Shown here: positions 1 to 10,000 of the stretch, piece after piece
Numbering within the stretch: position 1 is the first letter of the stretch
Layout: each line of letters starts with the position of its first letter
From: Vezdaea acicularis
Taxonomy: Eukaryota
Length of the DNA: 20,000 nucleotides
Assembly: GCA_026025075.1 (NCBI GenBank)
Contig: JAPEUI010000021.1
Location: 184,114 to 204,113, forward strand
Reading direction: 5' to 3'
Notes under the pieces: model-generated
What the model was told of the DNA's origin: nothing
What the model saw: only the letters and a program-made list of their open reading frames with translations
Databases searched by the model: none
Made by a program: the position numbers and the translations under genes

Positions 1-109
1 CCTTATTTTCCTTTGCGTTTTCTCTTCAATTTATTCCTTCTGGGGTGAAAGTCAGAGCCAAGATTGACTTCAAATAGCGTAAAGGAGGTGATATTTCTGG
101 GAACTCAAG

Positions 110-919
110 ATGGTTCTTGATAACTCGAGCTATTCTTTGGCGCTGCTGAGGTCGGATGGCCGACGATGGAACGAACTACGAAGGATCTACGCTCAGATAT
201 CAAGTCAAGCCGCCGCAGATGGGTCCAGCTATCTAGAGATGGGCAACACAAAAGTCATCTGCATTGTGACGGGACCTGCCGAAGGTAGAAGGGCACAAAG
301 CACTACAGGCGGTCAGGCTGAAGTACGGGTGGAAATCAACATTGCAGGCTTCAGTGGAGTTGATAGGAAAAAGACTGGGAAGGGTGACAAGTCTGTTCGA
401 ACTTTACCTTTCTTGAGACCCACTGATCTTATAAACTTTAGACGTACCTCTGAGATGCAATCTACGATCTCAAATACCTTCACGTCGGCAATATTAACCC
501 ATCTGTACCTGCACTCCTCGATTTCCATTGCACTCCACGTCTTATCGCAGGATGGAGCTTTACTTGCTGCTTGCATCAATGCCACTACTCTCGCGCTCAT
601 CGATGCTGGAATCGCCCTGACAGACTATGTGGTGTCTTGTACGGCCGGCAGCACCTCCTCTCATAACAGCGCTGATGAGAACACGGATCCGTTACTAGAC
701 CTGAATGGCCTGGAGGAGCAAGATTTACCGTTTCTTACCGTCGCCACCCTTGGGGCCGGGGAAAAAGTGAGCATGCTAATAATGGAGACAAGAGTCCAGC
801 TGGAGCGACTAGAAAGCATGCTGGCAGTGGGGGTCGACGGGTGCAAACAAATTCGGGAGATCCTGGATTCAGTGGTCAAGAGGCATGGGAAAAAGATGTT
901 GAGTGGCGCAATTAGATGA
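110..919 (+). CDS. RRP41: Exosome core component Rrp41/Ski6 (RNase PH-like); predicted exons 110-390 and 442-919, ~252 aa
   Basis: The translation has RNase PH-family hallmarks: LRSDGRRWNELR, ADGSSYLEMGNTKVIC.V.GP.E, VLSQDGALLAACINATTLALIDAGI and LLDLNGLEE. A 51-nt intron at 391-441 (GTCTGT donor, CTGAT branch, TAG acceptor) removes a segment that does not fit the family and gives GDK-RTSEMQ. Confidence 0.93.
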   Translation: MVLDNSSYSLALLRSDGRRWNELRRIYAQISSQAAADGSSYLEMGNTKVICIVTGPAEGRRAQSTTGGQAEVRVEINIAGFSGVDRKKTGKGDKSVRTLPFLRPTDLINFRRTSEMQSTISNTFTSAILTHLYLHSSISIALHVLSQDGALLAACINATTLALIDAGIALTDYVVSCTAGSTSSHNSADENTDPLLDLNGLEEQDLPFLTVATLGAGEKVSMLIMETRVQLERLESMLAVGVDGCKQIREILDSVVKRHGKKMLSGAIR

Positions 920-2669
920 TGATAAATGGAAAGGGAACTCTCTTCATTACACTTAGCCAGATCCGGTGGTGGGCACTTCGATATGCAGCGTGCGTTATAT
1001 GCGCCAATCGCAAGGAACACAATGCAAAGGCTTTCGACTTAGGAGCCAAGTAAGATACGCTTATGCAAAAAGAGCTCTGACAGCTCCTCAGGTGCCTCCC
1101 TCCAAGTTCTGTATCAGCTGGAAGCCACAATTTCAACTACGCAGTGGCCTCATGCTAGGGATCTGCTCTGCTGACTACGAGCTTCTGTTTTCCTCAGCCG
1201 GAGGAAGCTCGCATCGGGCTCTCAGCGAATCTAGTTCATGCCAGACCACACCACACATGAACCTTGTGGAAATATCCTGTCTCATATTAGACCCCTGGCC
1301 TTATAAGAAGACCATTGTGACGAAATTCCGGGGTAATGTCCAATTGGTATCCCCTCATCGACGCTGGGATTTCTAGCCGAGGTTCTACCCAATGCGCGCC
1401 AAGGTCCCCTGCAACAGCTTGCGCCACCCGAATGCTCGCGCAGAATCTGCTGGCGGAGCTCGGGCGACTCCGCCTATGCGCCCAGATCTTCATTTTTCGA
1501 GTTGGAAGAATCACGGCAAGCTCCTGGCCTAAATGGGCTTTGCAATGCCGGACTGGGGGACGGAGTTCCGCGACAAGAAGTCTCTTCACAGAAAAGGAAA
1601 TTGTCAGTGGTTCATGCCACTCTCGATGTGACGCTGTACCTGGACCTTACGAGGGTAACGAAGATGATCTTCAGCGGCAGGCCCGCATCTCATCTCGAGC
1701 AACTTGTCACGAGACCATATGAGAGGTCGTCTACACCTGCCGCCCGACACGTCTATGCGTGCAAGAAAATCTGGGACAGGTCGCACGACTACCGCTGCTG
1801 ATTCTGGCTTATTGTGAGCATCTTCACAAGCTTACGTTCCTTCGCAGAGCCCTGCGTTAGATACGAGACGTCACAAACTAAACACTTTGAATAATTGATC
1901 ACTATAATGGGAGTGAGCTGAAGGATCTCGAATACGCCCATCCTCCGAACACGCCGGCGTCGTCCACGGGTTCAATCTGTCGAGCAGGTGGACCGTTTGC
2001 CTCGGCCATTCGCGCTACCACTTGCTCGCAGCGATGCGCTGCGCCGATTGGTAGCCGACGGAGGCTTATCATAACCATCCCACCACGGAAAAGATGGGGG
2101 AGCACCAATTATACAAGTCCGTCGACCCCCCCACAATGAGCGAATGGTGCAGACTAAGACCGCAGATCGTCAGCGAAACTCGATGGACGGCAAAGGAGAG
2201 TCTGGCACACGGAGCTAGACCATCAAAGCCCTTTTCTGGAAGGTGGTCGGCCGATGCGCGTGAGACTACTTGGTGCGTGAGACGACGGCGAGGTACGGCG
2301 ACTTTTGCGGTGCGACCAGCGCGACTCTAGATGACAAGAGACTGTAATAAGTCGCATGTTGCACGACGAACTTTACTGTGGCAACTGATCCAAGGGTAGA
2401 TACTGCCGTTTGGCACTGGGACCAGCAACGTCCATAGCGTCGAAGCGGCTGTCACGCTCGGCCGCCCTTCACTCTTTCAACCACGGAAACGTTAGGTTAC
2501 CATTATCGACTTCGCCAAGCCCGTCTAAATAGTTCCTCCATGGCGACCGAGATCCATCGTCTCAAATGGGTTCATCTCGTCGACCTGGCGGGAGTGCGCA
2601 ATTGCTTTTTTCGCTCTTGTCCACCTCTCAATCTCAGGCCGACCGTGACCTCGACCTTTCCCACGGGAA

Positions 2670-2965
2670 TTATCTCTCGGGTTGCCACAGGACGCGGCTG
2701 CCTATCTCGAAATGGCCTTAGTCCCGTCGCTTCGGCCTGCTCACTTCCCGTACCAAGCCACTGTGAGCCTAGGGTTGGCAATAGCTTGCGCCTGTGGCAG
2801 GAAGCTGGCCATGTCCGTTGGCGAACTCCGACCGCCCCTCTCACTTTCTCACTCCAATCGCAGTCGCATTGGGGCCGACTCCGACCCTGACATCTACATT
2901 GCCCCACCCATACCGTTGGTAGCTCCTCTGCACCTGTCGGACACGCTATCTGCCAAAGCTTATCA
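2670..2965 (-). promoter_or_regulatory. Four HGATAR (AreA/Nit2-type GATA) motifs in two pairs upstream of the permease
   Basis: TTATCT 2670-2675, CTATCT 2702-2707, CTATCT 2946-2951 and TTATCA 2960-2965, all in the same orientation. Function is inferred only. Confidence 0.3.
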
Positions 2966-3069
2966 GTCTCTCTTCAGCGTTGCCATGGACTCGTCGACCG
3001 CCGGGCCCAGCTACTCGGGCAAGGGTGATCGGCGCCCTCCTACGGTATGGATGCGATCGGTCCTACTTC

Positions 3070-3076
3070 TATATAA
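3070..3076 (+). promoter_or_regulatory. Putative TATA box of the permease gene
   Basis: TATATAA in a GC-rich context ~135 nt upstream of ATG 3211, followed by pyrimidine-rich sequence. Confidence 0.45.
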
Positions 3077-3210
3077 TCGCCATCTCCTCCGGCCTGTCCA
3101 GATCTCGAAGTATAGAACATCTCTTCCTCGCGCAACTAGTTACCTGTGACCTTGCCGCATCCCTTCACAGCTAAAGCCACACGGACAAGCCGCGATCAGT
3201 CACTGTCGCA

Positions 3211-5002
3211 ATGGGTGTCGACGAATATGATATCGAAAAGCAGCCTGACGTTGTGCATACACATGGTAGCCCCACCCACGTCGGCCATGGCGGCGAGAAG
3301 GGTCTATACGTCGACGAGACCGGAGCAGTTCCCGGCGAGAGCTTCGTCATAGGCGATTCTCTCTATGCTCGGTTGCAACGGTTTGCTGGGAGGTTCAATA
3401 TCGAGCAGAGAGGAATCGAGCGAGTGCCGGAGAATGAGCGGACGGATACGTCTTTGGTGAAAGTGGGGACAATGGTACTTGACCTTGATCTTCTTCCCTC
3501 CAGTTGAGAGCGAGGATACACAATTATCTACGAGATGAGCGCATATCTAACACTTATCGCTCCAGTGGCTTGCTGCCAACTTGGTCGTCAGCTCTTTCGC
3601 GATCGGACTCCTTGGGACCAACCCGAATATCTACGCGCTCGGGTTTGGCGATGCCTGTCTCACAATCCTCTTCATCAACTTGCTCGGGATTACGCCGGTG
3701 TGCTTCTTCTCCTCATTCGGTCCTCGGTTCGGTCTACGACAGATGGTTCTCTCACGATTCTACTTTGGTTATTATGGGGTTAAAGTCAGTAAGTAATCGA
3801 CAAATTCATTTCCGACTTTGAATTGCAATAACTGATCTCATTCATAGTCGCGTGCTTCAACATCGTTGCTTGTATTGGCTGGTCCTCTGTCAACGTTATC
3901 GTTGGCGCCCAATTGATAAACACCGTCAACAGTGGAGTTCCAGGATATGCTGGCATCATCATTATCGCTGCCTGCACCTTCATCGTCACACTCTTTGGCT
4001 ATAAGGTCGTGCACGCTTATGAGATGTACACATGGCCGGTCATACTCATCGTCTTCTTCATTGTTGTTGGCGAATTTGCTCGCTCGAAAGCATTCTACAA
4101 CATCCCCATGGGTGTCGGCAAATCTGAGACTGGTAGCGTCCTCTCCTTTGCTGCTTCAATCTTCGGTTTCGCTACTGGCTGGACCAGCTACGCCGCGGAT
4201 TACACCGTCTACCAGCCAGTCGGCACTTCGAGAGTCAAGACTTTCTTCTGGACCTGGGCTGGATTGATCTTCCCGCTCTTATTCACCGAGATGCTTGGCG
4301 CTGCCATCATGACTGCCACAATCAACGACACCTACTACTCAGATATGTTTCAGAAATCAAGCACCGGTGGTATCTTGGGTGCCGTCCTCTTCCCACACTT
4401 GGGCAAGTTTGGCTCGTTCTGTCTCGTCCTCCTTGCTCTCTCCATCATCGCCAACAACTGCCCCAACATTTACTCGGTCAGCTTGAGTCTGCAGATCTTG
4501 GGCCGCTGGACACAGCGTGTGCCCCGTTTCGTCTGGACTTTCCTCGGAACCTTGATCTACATCGCGATCGCCATTCCAGGTTACTCGCACTTTGAGTCCG
4601 TTTTGACGAACTTCATGTTGCTAATCGTAAGTTGACATCTTTACCAGCTTAAGCAAGAAATAGTCACTAATCATGATGAAACAGGGCTACTGGCTTGCTA
4701 TCTACGAAGGAATTGCGCTCGCTGAGCACTTCTTCTTCAAGCACGGCATCAACGGTTACAAAGTTGAGATCTACGACCGACCCAGCCTTCTCCCGCCGAG
4801 CATCGCTCCCCTGATCGCTTTCGGGTTCGGTATCATGGGTGCGGTTATGGGAATGGCCCAGGTCTGGTTCGTTGGACCAATCGGACGGAAGATTGGCAAC
4901 CCGATGTTCGGGGGTGATGTCGGCTTCGAGCTTGCTTTTGCTTTTGCCGGTATTTCGTATTGTATCTTGCGACCTATCGAGCTCAAAATCTTCGGCCGGT
5001 AG
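3211..5002 (+). CDS. fcyB: Purine-cytosine permease, FCY2/FcyB family (NCS1); predicted exons 3211-3474, 3566-3788, 3848-4626 and 4685-5002, ~527 aa
   Basis: The spliced translation gives IEQRGIERVPENER, MWLAANLVVSSFAIG, FGPRFGLRQMVLSRFYFG, FNIVACIGWSSVN, GWTSYAADYTVYQP, IIANNCPNIYS and GYWLAIY, with many hydrophobic TM segments. Introns 3475-3565 (GTACTT..CTAAC..CAG), 3789-3847 (GTAAGT..CTGAT..TAG) and 4627-4684 (GTAAGT..CTAAT..CAG) all keep the frame. The family is secure; exact orthology and substrate are not. Confidence 0.92.
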
Positions 5003-5332
5003 TGTGGGATTTATTCCGGAGTTTTTTTATTTGCTGTACTTTCTGTAGTTCTCGGCTTTTGCGGATCTGATACACCAAAAATGGATTCTTTCTTGACTCA
5101 ATCATGATCTTCGAATCTTATGCTTGATGAAGTGAAGTGAACTGAGGCAATGTTGTAATAAGGCCGCCGCCAAGTCTAATTATAAGCAATGCACGACATG
5201 AGTAGTGCAAGGGCCATACGCACGGACAGGCATACGCCGCCAGTGTACGATGCGTTCATTAGCTACGACTTCATCTCTGTGCCCGCATTGCCCTGAACTG
5301 CATCTCTTCCCCTACAACCTTCCAACCAAGCC

Positions 5333-6161
5333 ATGACTTCCCAAGCACCCTCCCCCTTTATACCTGCCCTCATAATCGTCGACGTCCAAGAAGACTTCTG
5401 TCCCCCCGTACGTCTCCATCCTCGCTCCCCCAAACCCTCCCACCGCCGCCCATCCCCCCCCCCCGCTAACCCCAACCCACCAGCACGGCTCCCTCGCCGT
5501 CCCCCACGGCCGCGCCATCCTACCCACCATAACCTCCCTCCTCAGCCTCCCCTTCGCCCTCAAAGTAGCGACGAAAGACTTCCACCCACCCTCCCACATC
5601 TCCTTCGCTTCCAACCATCCCGCCCCGGATAACACCCCCTTCCTCTCCCAAACCACCATCGTGAACCCCTATAACCCCGCCGAAACGTACTCCACGCGGT
5701 TATGGCCGGTTCACTGCGTGCAGGGCACGCCTGGTGCGGACCTCCTCGCTGAAATCGATGGAGGGAAGGTAGATGTGGTGGTGGAAAAGGGAATGGATCC
5801 GAGAGTGGAGATGTATAGCGCGTTCACGGACCCGTTTGAGAAGCCGAGTGTGAGTACCAGTGGGCTGGAGGAGGCGCTTAGGGGGAGGGGCGTGACGCAT
5901 GTGTATGTGGTGGGGTTGGCCCTGGATTATTGTGTTAGGGCCACGGCGCTGGATGCGAGGAGGTTGGGTTGGGAGGTTTTGGTGGTGCGTGAGGGGACGA
6001 GGCCGGTGGATGTGGAGGGGGGGAGGGAGGCGGTTGGGGAGATGGAGGGGTGTGGGGTTAGGGTTGTGGGGGAGGAGGGGGAGGAGGTCGGTTGGGTCAG
6101 GGGGTTGGAAGGGAGAGATAAGCTGGGGAAGCAAGGTTACGGAGAGGAGGGTGGGGGATAA
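5333..6161 (+). CDS. PNC1: Nicotinamidase/pyrazinamidase (isochorismatase-like cysteine hydrolase); predicted exons 5333-5407 and 5484-6161, ~250 aa
   Basis: Motifs ALIIVDVQEDFCPP|HGSLAV, ATKDFHPPSHISFASNH, LWPVHCVQGTPGA, VEKG...EMYSAF and VGLALDYCVRATALDA show the Asp-Lys-Cys triad and the Asp/His metal ligands. Intron 5408-5483 (GTACGT..GCTAAC..CAG) joins the two ORF-track pieces in frame. Confidence 0.93.
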
Positions 6162-9100
6162 GGGGGGGATGCAGAAGGGTAGGAATGGGTTGGAGGAAGA
6201 GAGTGGCGGGCTGCAGCCATACTCGCCGGACTAGCTTTTAGACGAATGAATCGTGGCTGTGGTACTTGGGAAAACCATTGGACTATGCTACAACAGCCGC
6301 GCAGTCTCCCAACAGGCTCATCCGCAATGGATCAGGTCATAGGAGCGCCTATATACTGTAAAGTATGTAGGCACTCCTTCTCGACGGGGCCGTCTAGGGA
6401 TGATGTCGTCCCTGCTTAACAAACACCTTCCCCCCTAATACCCACCGACCATCAAACCCACACCCCCGTAGCATCAAAGATCAATTCCTTGCAAAGCCAT
6501 TCCATGTGGACAGCGCAGTATTCTCACGACCTACCTGCCCCTTCACGTGATCAGACGCTTTTCCAGCCCATTCGGTAAGAACCCCCCTTAATCTTTACCA
6601 CGACGAGAGCAACGTTTGAAGATCAAAACCGGCCGCGATTGCAGGAGTATTGGAGTCTTCTATGACTCATGGAGAGTTTTGGAGCTGAATAATGACATAA
6701 AGTTCCAACTCTGTTCGTGGAGATACGGACGCTCATTGGCGTGCACAATGGTAGATTTGTTTACCGCCAACGTCTTTGTAGGGGATGTTCGTTCTGCTTG
6801 AGGGTTTTCATTATATGTGAACTTTCCCATTTATGTAGACCCATTTGTTATAAGCGGAACTTGGCATATCATGAACGATTATTCGTATTATGAAAAGGCC
6901 AGCTAGTGTGCAATTGGTGAGACTGCAGATGATAGAACAAGTTTTTCTTGGTGACTAGCAGCGTAGGAAAGAGTTTTGCTTGAGTTGCAGGGACTGTGAT
7001 GCTGCGAGCACCTTCTGCCGCAGGTACAAAGACTCTGCGGAGATAAGGTCCCTCCACTGAAAATTCCTCCAGCCCAACGTTTGCTTGAACAGGCGGTCCT
7101 GAGTCGCAGGCACAAGGTTCTGAAGCGGAGGCAAGGACTAGCAAGCCGAATGAATAAAGCACAAGAGCCATCCCGCTGCAAGGCATTTAGGATACCAATG
7201 TGAAGCTTTTGGTCAGCCGTTTGGAGCCGTGTGCCATCTTCAGAGCCACAACTGGGGGCGGCGAGGGTTCCTCTAACGAAGGGCTTAATCTCCCGGAGAA
7301 CCGGCAGCAGCGCGTTTATTGGGAAGTGGATATTGTTTTGGGCCTCCTTTAATGCATATGCGATCTTTCAAACCTACGCAGGAGTGATTAAGCAGGCTGG
7401 GGGTCTCGGACCAGAAACTCACTTCCTCAAGTCGTTGGAAGTATCCTGGCACTTACCTCGGTCTACACGCCGCCTCGTTCGTTGGTCCGCCGTCAAACGT
7501 CTTCTGCGTCATCTCGTCCGACTGGACCGGAAATGGCAGCATTGTGGGGATCCAATAGCAGCTAGAGATGGCGGATGTGGACCGAATGGTTTTCTACGAT
7601 AACGCTTTATGTGGCCACGGAGTCATCTTGGAGGTTAGTGTTGTACCTGCATCGAGCGTCCTCAATTTGCAACCGCATATCGGAAAAAGGTACAATGAGC
7701 GTGTAGCAAACTTGCTACTGTGCCGGAGTCTCTCCCATCCTCTACGAAATGAAAGGGAAGATAACGAAAGCCTTCATTCCCAGAATTGAAGGCCACAAGT
7801 GAGTGTTGAGAGCAAGTAGAGCAGAGCGGGGGCCCAAGGAGTAAGGAGTGTCGGGCGGGAAGATAGAACATGAGAGGAGTAGTTGGGTGCTTCGCCACCA
7901 TGCCATTTCAAAGATTTCAGGTTTCTACCCATCGGGGGGGGTGGAGGATGCTGGAAAGACACTCCTGGCTCGATTCCGCAACTCTGGTCCAATATGTACG
8001 AGATGTTTGCTTCGTCTTTTTCTCATCGGGAGCGGTCTCTGAGGTTCTGGCCAAGCAGGGAAAGGGCACCGCCAGGCGCGCCAAGAAGCTGTCGGGTTGC
8101 GGTAGCAATACGGAAGGAGCTGCATGCGGGGGAGTCCCTTAAAGCGGCATATGTACCGCAGAAATGGAAATGTCCTCTCTTCTCTATCCACTACACACTG
8201 TCATGTTCAAGAGATCTTCCGCGCTCTCATCGTCACTATGCTTGACCTCCTCGGCCCCGGCTTCGCCAACATCAAATCATGAAAGGTGACCGAAGGAATG
8301 GCCTAATTGGCTGTGTCGCTTTGACCCGATGCCAGGAATCGCTATGCTAACCGACCGCAGGATCAACGGGTTCAAAGCTCGCCACATGGATCATCTTTAT
8401 AATCCCGGTTACCGACGCCAGCATAGACAAAAGCATGAACGAGACGCAGCCATAGTCTGATGACCGACCCAGAGACTGAATCCATCTGTCAAACTGGGTC
8501 TGTCGAAGGATTTGGAGGCTCCGGCGTGATCACCACGCGAGCAATTTTCAGCGTGGTTCTTTCGGCGCCCGGCTGAACCCAGGCCTGCTCCATGGGGCGT
8601 GGTGCCAAACCAACGAGTATAAGAAGAAGATGCGAGATCGAGGATCAAGACCAATGACCAGGGATGGGTGACATTCTCGTCCTTTAAGTATCCTGAACGA
8701 AGGGGCAGCTGAGCCTAACTTACGACTGATGTCGGATATCTCCGGTATGGCGAGCCCGAAAAAAAGCCAGCCGAGCGGAGCGTGTGCAGCTTCGAGGGGC
8801 CGAGGCGTGCAAATATCAATAGCGCCCTGTCGATGTACAAAAGTATACTTACGAGGGAATGGAGCCCGGCGGATCCACTCTGGCGAACAGATGACCCCAT
8901 TCTCAGTAGCTATGGCACAGTTGGCGGGGTAAGCTGCAGGAGGGCATGCACTCCTGCGGATCACGTGTGCAGGGGGCCTTGTCTCGAAGACTGGGATTAA
9001 CGTTGTCGCAAGGTGCTGCAGAGCATCTCTGTCCCTCCACGCCTTCTCAGGAAAGTCCTTAGGGCCCCCTAACCAGAGGCGACGCCTTACTTGCACCTCG

Positions 9101-9797
9101 CGTGCGTTATCGCCGCCAAGACGCAACATCTCAATTGCGACGTCAGTGTTTGCCTCAGCTCTTTGTTGGACCGCCGTATCTAGAGTCCATCCATGCCAGG
9201 TGATTGCAAGGCCGACTTTGCAGTCATATAGGAGATTAATCCGCACCACCGACGTAGCAACCGCCCAGAAGGCTACGCGCGCAATTTGGAGCCGGCGCCA
9301 TACCCTCTCGTTGGAGACCAGCCTCGGGCAAGCCGTCGAGCAGCAACTTCAGCGGGAACCTACAGTCGAGGTCGGCGATGGAGAGCAGCCCACTTGTATC
9401 GGATCACGTAAGGCTCATGTTACCGGATTTCCTCCTTGGCCAGGCATTAGAGTTTGCGCCAGCGGTCTGGGCGAACACTCCTCGCATGTCAGCTCCTTGA
9501 CGGGGGCCGAGCATCACGGAGCTCTCCTTGCCTGCGTCTGCCGGTGGTGCCGGACGAGCCAGGAACCCCCCTGCCAGGGGTTCTCGATGCCAAGCGATTG
9601 GGGGGCTTGCCCACCATGCAGAGACACGCCACATCAATATCTCCAGCACGCTGCCGATCGAGGCAGGCGCGGTGATGCAGGTGTGGGGAACCTTCTGCCA
9701 GGAAGAACTCGAGTACCACGGAATGTGTACTCGCCGCGCGCTGTGCTAGTGCTGGTACGGCGTGACATCGGCCGATGCTATAGATTTGCTCGGGGGG

Positions 9798-9867
9798 CTG
9801 CCCACGCTCCTGTCCACGGTCTGCCCGCGCTCTTGTCCGCGGGTCTGCCCACGTTCTTGTCCACGGT
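9798..9867. repeat. Imperfect tandem repeat, 3 x 23-24 bp
   Basis: CTGCCCACGCTCCTGTCCACGGT (9798-9820) / CTGCCCGCGCTCTTGTCCGCGGGT (9821-9844) / CTGCCCACGTTCTTGTCCACGGT (9845-9867). Confidence 0.85.
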
Positions 9868-10000
9868 CCACCCGCGATCTGCCGTCCTCCAGACCGTTGA
9901 ACGACGGAAATTTCGATTGAAATGGGCGGGCGCTGATTGGCCCGGAATCGCTGGGGCTAAATTTTGATATCTGCCCCGTTTTCCGTCTTCTGGACGCGAA

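Noticed and set aside
1965..1982. T-loop-like GGGTTCAATC
   Set aside because: The T-arm is one base short and there is no acceptor stem or D-arm, so it is not a tRNA.
966..2907. Many overlapping 60-155 aa ORFs between RRP41 and the permease
   Set aside because: No recognisable domain, Arg/Ser/Pro/Cys-rich composition typical of non-coding frames, several with non-ATG starts, and no consistent exon chain.
2985..3210. Upstream ATG 2985 plus GTATGG donor (3045) as an extra N-terminal exon or uORF of the permease, and a possible TPP riboswitch intron
   Set aside because: The best acceptor (CAG 3170) is out of frame with ATG 3211, a TATA box at 3070 suggests transcription starts downstream of the donor, and the TPP aptamer core (CTGAGA..CCTGA) is absent.
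7878..7900. AGTAGTTGGGTG-CTTCG-CCACCA resembles part of the 3' domain of ascomycete 5S rRNA as I recall it
   Set aside because: Flanking sequence on both sides does not continue the 5S pattern. Rfam cmscan would decide; probably chance.
9059..9072. TTAGGG-CC-CCCTAA inverted telomere hexamers, and nearby GGAAAGTCC resembling an RNase MRP/P element
   Set aside because: Only one hexamer per side, no TAACCCTAA template-length match for a telomerase RNA, and no convincing 3' P4 partner.
8548..9967. Long ORFs 8548-9249 (-, 233 aa) and 9146-9967 (+, 273 aa)
   Set aside because: Non-ATG starts, no domain motifs, and a GC-rich region where long spurious ORFs are expected.
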